51,733 nucleotides of DNA from an uncultured Alphaproteobacteria bacterium (GTDB taxonomy: Bacteria; Pseudomonadota; Alphaproteobacteria; HIMB59; GCA-002718135). Positions 46,601 through 51,733 of the stretch are shown here, one piece after another. How positions within the stretch are numbered: the first letter of the stretch is position 1; the number at the start of each line of letters is the position of its first letter. Made by a program: the position numbers and the translations under genes. The DNA lies in NCBI GenBank assembly GCA_902569865.1, contig CACFVT010000003.1, positions 1 to 51,733 on the forward strand, written 5' to 3'. The notes under the pieces are model-generated. The model was not told the DNA's origin and ran no database searches. It worked only from the letters and a program-made list of their open reading frames with translations.

Positions 46601-47047
46601 TTCTGATTTATCTCTTACTATCGATGTTCTTTCATATCCTAATTTAATGAGTAAAAAAAGAAACTTATCTATTTCTATTTTAGACTTTTTTGAAATTGTA
46701 ACAAAATTTTTTGTAATTTCATTTATTGGTAGAGATTTCTGAATAATTGCATTCAATGTTGTTAAAAGAATTATTTTTTCTTCTTTATTGGAACTAAGAT
46801 AAAAAAGAGTTTCTAATCGATTTGTTAGAATTTCTTTAGAAGGTGAAATATTATCATATGGAATTTGATCCCAAGCTTTATAAAGTAATATTTTTTGATT
46901 TGGAATCAACCAAGTTAGTTTGTTTTTAATATTTATTATTTCTCTGTCATCTTTTCCTATATAAACTAACGAACTATCGCTTTTATGAAATATTTCTGAA
47001 ATTATAAAAGCTTCAGTTTTATCAATAACAGGACCTATTGACTTCAT
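43670..47047 (-). CDS. mfd: Transcription-repair coupling factor
   Basis: 1125 aa with Walker A GDVAFGKTE, DEEQ box (YDEEQKLG) and QLKGRVGRS. Confidence 0.95.
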   Translation of the reverse strand: MKSIGPVIDKTEAFIISEIFHKSDSSLVYIGKDDREIINIKNKLTWLIPNQKILLYKAWDQIPYDNISPSKEILTNRLETLFYLSSNKEEKIILLTTLNAIIQKSLPINEITKNFVTISKKSKIEIDKFLFLLIKLGYERTSIVRDKSEFALRGSLIDIFLPQFDKPIRLDLFDDYIESIFEFDQISQKRIKESDMDFFTLNPSSELIIDNKNLERFRTEFRALFPNYRKSQVYELFSSGQTPSGGEQFLPLFYENLETLFDYCESSKLIIHNDIIQLFDERIENLNDYYEARSNSNESFFLKPQYLFIEKNYFNQILDKFKVTKLSVFKNEGYIGTNIKKINNISSIREKIDFQFIKKYFDINSNKKIIICCNTQGSLEKVYQILNENIYISPFEIKNLSNLSNNNNIYISVLKLEESFEQNNIIYINEKTIFGYSLSVKSITKGKKNKFLFEELNKLTQGSLLVHSEYGICRFNNIKKIDLNDSIHDCLELEFSDNQKLFLPVENLNYITKYGNEDENTISLDRLGASSWQKRKAEAKKKIREASKKLIKIASKRLQSKSLPMNIDNVEYDKFCSTFPYVETDDQLNAINDVINDFESGKPVDRLIVGDVAFGKTEVIIRALFLAAKSNIQSIVFVPTTLLSRQHYNNFLKRFNLFNITIAEISRLITQKEKKQIFEDCAEGKIDILIGTHALLSDKLSFKNLGLIIYDEEQKLGTLQKEKFKDITPNAHVLSLSATPIPRTLSMSLSGIRDLSLILTAPFERLSVRSYVAKFDELTIKEAIKREVYGRKNGVYFVTPRKKDIPFIENFLKEYLPDIKYVVTHGQLKPSLLESRISKFYNQEVPLMISTNIIENGLDLPHVNTIIVYRSNLFSLASLYQLKGRVGRSSKRGYAYITYKENELKDNGKKRLSIINSSESLGSGFNIAAQDLDMRGGGSIIGEEQSGFIKEIGTELYHQMLEEEILLQKQKVSNNNEVRNLFQPTIKIPEEIFIPDDYIDDLDLRLSIYKRISSVNNNDELSNLIIELRDRFGSIPKQLNNLFSLIEIKILCIDYNVDKFEFNRKGIVIGFYKNNPTNPQKLLDLSMNRHSQFTLRPDQKIFYDFKGHLNTSRFKLSKEILEQIK

Positions 47048-47293
47048 TTAGAATGTATTTATTTTCTCAAAAAGATTCTTAAATTTTATATCTACTGTTT
47101 TTTTCTTGGTAAGAATATTGTAAATTTCATCATCTGAATAGATATCAAAGACAGATTTTAATAATTTTATTTCATCTTCACTAAATTTATCTAAGTTTTT
47201 AATAAAATACTCTTTGTATAATATATCTGTTTCTTTTGTGCCTGAATAAGTTGATCTATATTTGATAATTTTTTTCAGTGAATTTAATGTCAT
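47048..47293 (-). CDS. sdhE: Succinate dehydrogenase assembly factor 2 (SdhE/DUF339)-like protein
   Basis: 81 aa. Its stop abuts the mfd start. The recG / DUF339 / mfd arrangement is common in alphaproteobacteria. Motif SGTKETDIL is analogous to RGxxExD. Confidence 0.6.
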   Translation of the reverse strand: MTLNSLKKIIKYRSTYSGTKETDILYKEYFIKNLDKFSEDEIKLLKSVFDIYSDDEIYNILTKKKTVDIKFKNLFEKINTF

Positions 47294-47334
47294 ATAATCA
47301 ATAATAGAATATAGTAAAATTATTTTAATATTCT

Positions 47335-49413
47335 ATGAGACCTGCACATTTAGACTTATTACTCTCACCAATCAATAAATTAAAGGGAGTTGGACCAAAA
47401 TTAGAAAATATTATAAATAAATTAGGCATAAATCTAAATGTACATTTCCTTTGGCATTTTCCCTATAAAATAATTGAAAAAAAATATTATGAAAATATTA
47501 ATGATGCACCAATAAATCAGTTAGTTACATTAAAAATACAGGTTATAAAACATTATCCATCAAAATTTAGGAGACAGCCATATAAAGTTAGCTGTTTAGC
47601 AAATGAAACTCCAATAGAAATTGTATATTTTAATGCAAGACACCCTGCCATAAGATCAGTGTTACCTATCAAAAGTATAAAAATGATTTCAGGTAAATTA
47701 GAGTTTTTCAAAAATAAATTTCAAATTACACACCCATCAAGTGTAGAAAATTTATCTGAAATTCAGTTATTAAAAGAAAAAGAAGCAGTTTATAGCTTAA
47801 CTGCAGGACTAAACTTAAAAAAATTTATAAAACTTTCAAATCAAGTATTGCAATTAGTGCCTAATTTAGATGAGTGGATTGATGAAAGATTAATAAAAAA
47901 ATATAAATTCATCTCATGGAAGGGAGCTATAGAAAAATTACATAATCCAGAAATAAACGATACATATAATGAAAAAAATTTTTACAGGAGAAGACTGGCC
48001 TTTGATGAATTATTAGCACATCAGCTAGCAATTTATATTGTCAGAACAATTGATAAAAAGAAAAAATCAATTTCTTTTAAAAATAAAGAAAAATTAAGAA
48101 ATAATTTAATTAATAATTTAGAATTTAAATTAACTAAATCACAATTAACTGTTCTCGATGAAATACAATATGATCTTTTTTCTAATAAACAAATGATTAG
48201 ATTGCTTCAAGGAGACGTTGGTTCGGGAAAAACTATTGTTGCATTAATTTCGATGCTCACTGTAATTGAATCAGGTTATCAAGTAACGTTAATGGCCCCT
48301 ACTAGTATACTAGCTTACCAGCATTATGAAAATATATCAAAACTAATTAAAGATATTCCTATTAAAATAGATATACTTACAGGGAAAGATAAAGGAAAGA
48401 AAAGATTAGAAAAATTAGATAAAATTAAAAGTGGTAATATACAAATAATAATTGGGACTCATGCATTAATACAAGAAGGGGTACACTTTAATAAATTAGG
48501 TTTATCAGTTATTGATGAACAACATAGATTTGGGGTTTATCAAAGAATGGCTTTTAATTATAAAGGTTTCAGACCATCTATTTTAGTTATGAGTGCCACA
48601 CCAATTCCAAGAACCTTAACTTTAGCAGCTTATGGCGATATGGATGAAAGTAGGATTATTGAAAAACCTATAGGTCGAAAACCTATAACAACATCAATGC
48701 TAACTCTTAATAAAGAAAAAAACTTGATTGAAAGAATTAAAAATAAAATAAATAATTCAAGTGACAAATTTTTTTGGGTTTGCCCTCTTATAGAGGAATC
48801 ACAAGAACTTGATTTAAAAGCAGCTACTGATCGTTATAATGTTTTAAATAAAATATTCAAAAACAAGGTTATGCTTATTCATGGTCAAATGAACGAAAAA
48901 GATAAAGAATTAAAAATGGAAATATTTAAAAAAGAAGATTATCGTATTCTAGTCGCAACAACAGTTATAGAAGTTGGTATTGATATTAAATCAGCCACTA
49001 CAATGATTATTGAGCACGCAGAAAGGTTTGGATTAGCACAACTGCATCAACTCAGAGGTCGGGTAGGAAGAAATAATAAAGAATCTTATTGTATTCTATT
49101 ACATAAAGAAAATATAAATGAGACAGCAAAAAAAAGATTAAATATTATGACTGAAACCAACGACGGTTTCATTATAGCAGAAGAAGATTTAAAAATTAGA
49201 GGACCAGGCGAAGTCCTAGGAAAAAGGCAATCAGGTTTACCATCTTTTAATATAGCTGATTTAAGTTATGATGGAGATCTTCTTGAAGAAGCTAAAATAT
49301 ATGCAGAAAATATCATTACTAATGACCCTAAGCTAGATAATAACAAAAACCTAAGAGACTTATTATACATACATGAACGAGATACTGCAATTAGGACATT
49401 AAATGCAGGATGA
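47335..49413 (+). CDS. recG: ATP-dependent DNA helicase RecG
   Basis: 692 aa with GDVGSGKT, DEQHRFG and QLRGRVGR. Confidence 0.95.
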   Translation: MRPAHLDLLLSPINKLKGVGPKLENIINKLGINLNVHFLWHFPYKIIEKKYYENINDAPINQLVTLKIQVIKHYPSKFRRQPYKVSCLANETPIEIVYFNARHPAIRSVLPIKSIKMISGKLEFFKNKFQITHPSSVENLSEIQLLKEKEAVYSLTAGLNLKKFIKLSNQVLQLVPNLDEWIDERLIKKYKFISWKGAIEKLHNPEINDTYNEKNFYRRRLAFDELLAHQLAIYIVRTIDKKKKSISFKNKEKLRNNLINNLEFKLTKSQLTVLDEIQYDLFSNKQMIRLLQGDVGSGKTIVALISMLTVIESGYQVTLMAPTSILAYQHYENISKLIKDIPIKIDILTGKDKGKKRLEKLDKIKSGNIQIIIGTHALIQEGVHFNKLGLSVIDEQHRFGVYQRMAFNYKGFRPSILVMSATPIPRTLTLAAYGDMDESRIIEKPIGRKPITTSMLTLNKEKNLIERIKNKINNSSDKFFWVCPLIEESQELDLKAATDRYNVLNKIFKNKVMLIHGQMNEKDKELKMEIFKKEDYRILVATTVIEVGIDIKSATTMIIEHAERFGLAQLHQLRGRVGRNNKESYCILLHKENINETAKKRLNIMTETNDGFIIAEEDLKIRGPGEVLGKRQSGLPSFNIADLSYDGDLLEEAKIYAENIITNDPKLDNNKNLRDLLYIHERDTAIRTLNAG

Positions 49414-49870
49414 TACTATTGATTATCAAAACGGAATAAGATTTCAATGTCAAGGTTCTGGAAAGTGTTGCGTTTCAAGAGAATCTTATGGCTATGTTTA
49501 TTTAAGTGATATTGATTTAAAAAGATTTTCAAAATATTTTCAAATTTCTATAAAAAAATTTAAAGAACAATATTGTGAAATTACTGATGGATTTATCCAC
49601 TTAGCAGAACTATCAGAATTGAAAGGTAATTGTATATTTTTAAAAGATAAAAAATGTTCAGTTTATGAAAATAGACCTTCTCAGTGCAGGACATGGCCTT
49701 TTTGGAATGATAATATGAATGCTAAAGTATGGAACAAAGATATTTCTATTAATTGCCCAGGTGTGGGAAAAGGTAAAATTATTAAAAAAAAAGAAATTGA
49801 TAAATTCTTAAAAGAAGACTTAAGAAATGAAAAATCTATTATTAAAAATAGAATTAACCTTCGGAAATAA
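49403..49870 (+). CDS. YkgJ-family cysteine-cluster protein (UPF0153)
   Basis: 155 aa with CQGSGKCC and C-x-F...C..Y..RP..C..WPF pattern. Overlaps the recG stop by 11 nt. Confidence 0.75.
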   Translation: MQDDTIDYQNGIRFQCQGSGKCCVSRESYGYVYLSDIDLKRFSKYFQISIKKFKEQYCEITDGFIHLAELSELKGNCIFLKDKKCSVYENRPSQCRTWPFWNDNMNAKVWNKDISINCPGVGKGKIIKKKEIDKFLKEDLRNEKSIIKNRINLRK

Positions 49871-50036
49871 ACTCCATATTTTTATAAGAGCCAATGTAAA
49901 TATCTGATTTTTTTTTAAGAATTATTTTTATTGTTGTTTCCTCAAGAACAACTTCTAAAAAATTTTCATTTTTGTTCAAAATATCACATTTTTTTGAAAT
50001 TCCAGTTGCTATATTTTTTATCACTGTTTGTTTCAT
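49854..50036 (-). CDS. Possible small hypothetical protein (60 aa, from internal Met MKQTVIK...)
   Basis: This is the only part of tracked ORF 49854..50078 that does not overlap tRNA-Lys. There is no SD or recognisable motif, and it overlaps 49403..49870 by 17 nt. Confidence 0.25.
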   Translation of the reverse strand: MKQTVIKNIATGISKKCDILNKNENFLEVVLEETTIKIILKKKSDIYIGSYKNMEFISEG

Positions 50037-50043
50037 AAAGAAA

Positions 50044-50119
<76 letters not shown>

Positions 50120-50169
50120 AACAATGTCTTGTCTATATAGTTCAAATTTCATGAACGCAAGACCTATGA

Positions 50170-50661
50170 TTAAGAGTTTTTATTATTTAAAACTCTTATA
50201 GTATTTTTAGAAACAAATTTTGATACATCTCCACCTAGTTTATGAACTTCTTTTACTAAATTAGATGAGATGAAAGAATTATTATCTGAAGACATTAAAA
50301 AAATAGTTTCTATATCTGGAGAAAGTTGATAATTCATTCCAGTCATTTGAAATTCATATTCAAAATCTGATACAGCTCTTAGACCTCTAATTATACAATC
50401 TGCATTTTGATCTTTTGCAAATTCTGTTAAAAGACCTTTAACTGACAAAATTTTAATGTTTTTATTGCTTAAATTTTCTATTTCTAAATCATTTTTTATA
50501 ATATCTTTTCTCTCTGTAATGCTTAACAAAGGTATTTTATTTAGATTATCAGCTACACCTATTATTAATTGATCTACTATCTTAAATGATCTTTTAATTA
50601 TATTTAAATGGCCATTCGTCATAGGATCAAAAGTACCTGGGTAAACTCCAATTTTGGACAT
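50170..50661 (-). CDS. coaD: Phosphopantetheine adenylyltransferase
   Basis: 163 aa with GTFDPMTNGH nucleotidyltransferase motif and ISSNLVKE. Confidence 0.93.
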   Translation of the reverse strand: MSKIGVYPGTFDPMTNGHLNIIKRSFKIVDQLIIGVADNLNKIPLLSITERKDIIKNDLEIENLSNKNIKILSVKGLLTEFAKDQNADCIIRGLRAVSDFEYEFQMTGMNYQLSPDIETIFLMSSDNNSFISSNLVKEVHKLGGDVSKFVSKNTIRVLNNKNS

Positions 50662-50662
50662 A

Positions 50663-51733
50663 TTAACTATCTATTTCTTGTATTCGTGACACTGAAACTA
50701 TTGAATCAGTATCAGGTATTTTAAATACACTAACACCTTTAGTTGATCTACCTGCAATTCTTATTTGACTAACATTAACACGAATAATTTGACCTTTATC
50801 TGTTACCAGAATGATTTGATCATCTTGATTAACGACAAAACAATCTAAAACTTCACCATTTTTGCTGGAAGTTAAAATGCCTGTAATACCTTTTCCTCCT
50901 CTATTTGATATTCTATATTCATATGCAGAAGATCTTTTTCCATAACCATTTGTTGTTAATGATAAAAGAAATTCTTCATTATTATTTAATTCATTAAATT
51001 CTGGTTTTAAATTTCCAGTATTTTTTCTATTTTCAGAGGCAGCTTTTAAATAGTCTTGTCTAATATTAATATCAATTTTAGAATGTTTTAATATTGATTG
51101 AGAAATTACATAGTTACTTTTATCTAAATTCATTCCTTTAACACCTGCAGAATTTAAGCCAGAAAAAAGTCTAAGTTTTTCTAAAGGGAACCTTAAACAC
51201 TTTCCATTTTTTGTTGATAAAAGAATATCATCTTCAAAATTTGCTAATTTTATGCCAATAAGTTTATCAGTGGGGTCAAGCTTTATAGCAAGTTTTCCAC
51301 TCTCTCTTAGTTCTCTTTTGCCACTTTTAGCTACATCAATTAATTTATTTTTTCTTACCATACCTTTCTTTGTAGCAAAAATTATTAAATTTTCAGACCA
51401 TGAATTTTCATCTAAAGGCAAAGGAAGAAATGTTGCTATTTTTTCATCTTTTGTAAAGGGAAGTAAATTTATGATAGGTTTGCCTCTTGCTTTTAAAGAA
51501 GCTTCGGGAATATCATGTGACTTAAGAGAATATACTTTACCTAATGAAGAAAATACAAGTAATTTTGTATGAGTATCAGCAAGATGAATTTCTTTTACAA
51601 AATCTTCTTCTCTGGTTGACATTCCAGTTTTTCCTTTACCTCCTCTGTTTTGAGCTCTGTAATTTTCAAGTAGGGATCTCTTTATATATCCATTGTTTGA
51701 TATGGTTATAACTATATCCTCTTTCTGAATATA
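50663..51733 (-). CDS. gyrA: DNA gyrase subunit A, C-terminal part (5' end lies outside the window)
   Basis: The frame stays open beyond the tracked Met up to base 51733 (hand translation YIQKEDIVITISNNGYIKRSLLENYRAQNRGGKGKTGMSTREEDFV...). GyrA C-terminal beta-pinwheel repeats are present. Confidence 0.93.
   Translation of the reverse strand, partial: YIQKEDIVITISNNGYIKRSLLENYRAQNRGGKGKTGMSTREEDFVKEIHLADTHTKLLVFSSLGKVYSLKSHDIPEASLKARGKPIINLLPFTKDEKIATFLPLPLDENSWSENLIIFATKKGMVRKNKLIDVAKSGKRELRESGKLAIKLDPTDKLIGIKLANFEDDILLSTKNGKCLRFPLEKLRLFSGLNSAGVKGMNLDKSNYVISQSILKHSKIDINIRQDYLKAASENRKNTGNLKPEFNELNNNEEFLLSLTTNGYGKRSSAYEYRISNRGGKGITGILTSSKNGEVLDCFVVNQDDQIILVTDKGQIIRVNVSQIRIAGRSTKGVSVFKIPDTDSIVSVSRIQEIDS

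Noticed and set aside
51252-51572. Plus-strand 106-aa ORF
   Set aside because: It is antisense to gyrA.

Overview
The window is strongly AT-rich (composition not computed) and very tightly packed. Many genes abut or overlap by 1-20 nt, and two convergent pairs even overlap at their 3' ends. Composition, packing and gene content fit a streamlined marine alphaproteobacterium of the SAR11/Pelagibacterales type. A 229-aa voltage-gated channel carries the filter TLSSWE at residues 178-183, which matches my recollection of NavRh from strain HIMB114 (subclade IIIa). That assignment comes from memory, not a search. Recognisable content: a complete urease operon ureDABCEFG (7280-12075, minus strand) directly downstream of tRNA-Arg(CCT). 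There is a long minus-strand housekeeping train (mltB-like, rlpA, PBP5-type carboxypeptidase, tmk, holB, metG, tatD, then MBL hydrolase, a 3-hydroxyisobutyrate-dehydrogenase (HIBDH)-like dehydrogenase, SMP-30 lactonase, pterin dehydratase). Also present are mfd, an sdhE-like gene, recG, coaD, a partial gyrA, a MacA/ABC-ATPase/FtsX-permease efflux system, glpX, two homocysteine S-methyltransferase-family genes, selO, and tRNA-Ser(UGA) and tRNA-Lys(UUU). Region 12.3-21 kb holds mostly small membrane, lipoprotein or orphan genes. I found no CRISPR array, IS element, integrase, rRNA or recognisable defence system. The most interesting observations are: (1) two direct copies of a ~95-nt intergenic element with perfectly conserved ends that form a TGTGGCA/TGCCACA stem; (2) a decayed copy of the tRNA-Arg 3' end exactly at the far boundary of the urease operon, suggesting an old tRNA-anchored islet; (3) a MacA-type adaptor with an inserted segment carrying two LTxxQ-like motifs; (4) a translationally coupled lipoprotein / glycine-zipper lipoprotein / secreted EF-hand operon; (5) two ORFs below the 60-aa track cutoff. 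All similarity statements come from reading motifs by eye and need database confirmation.
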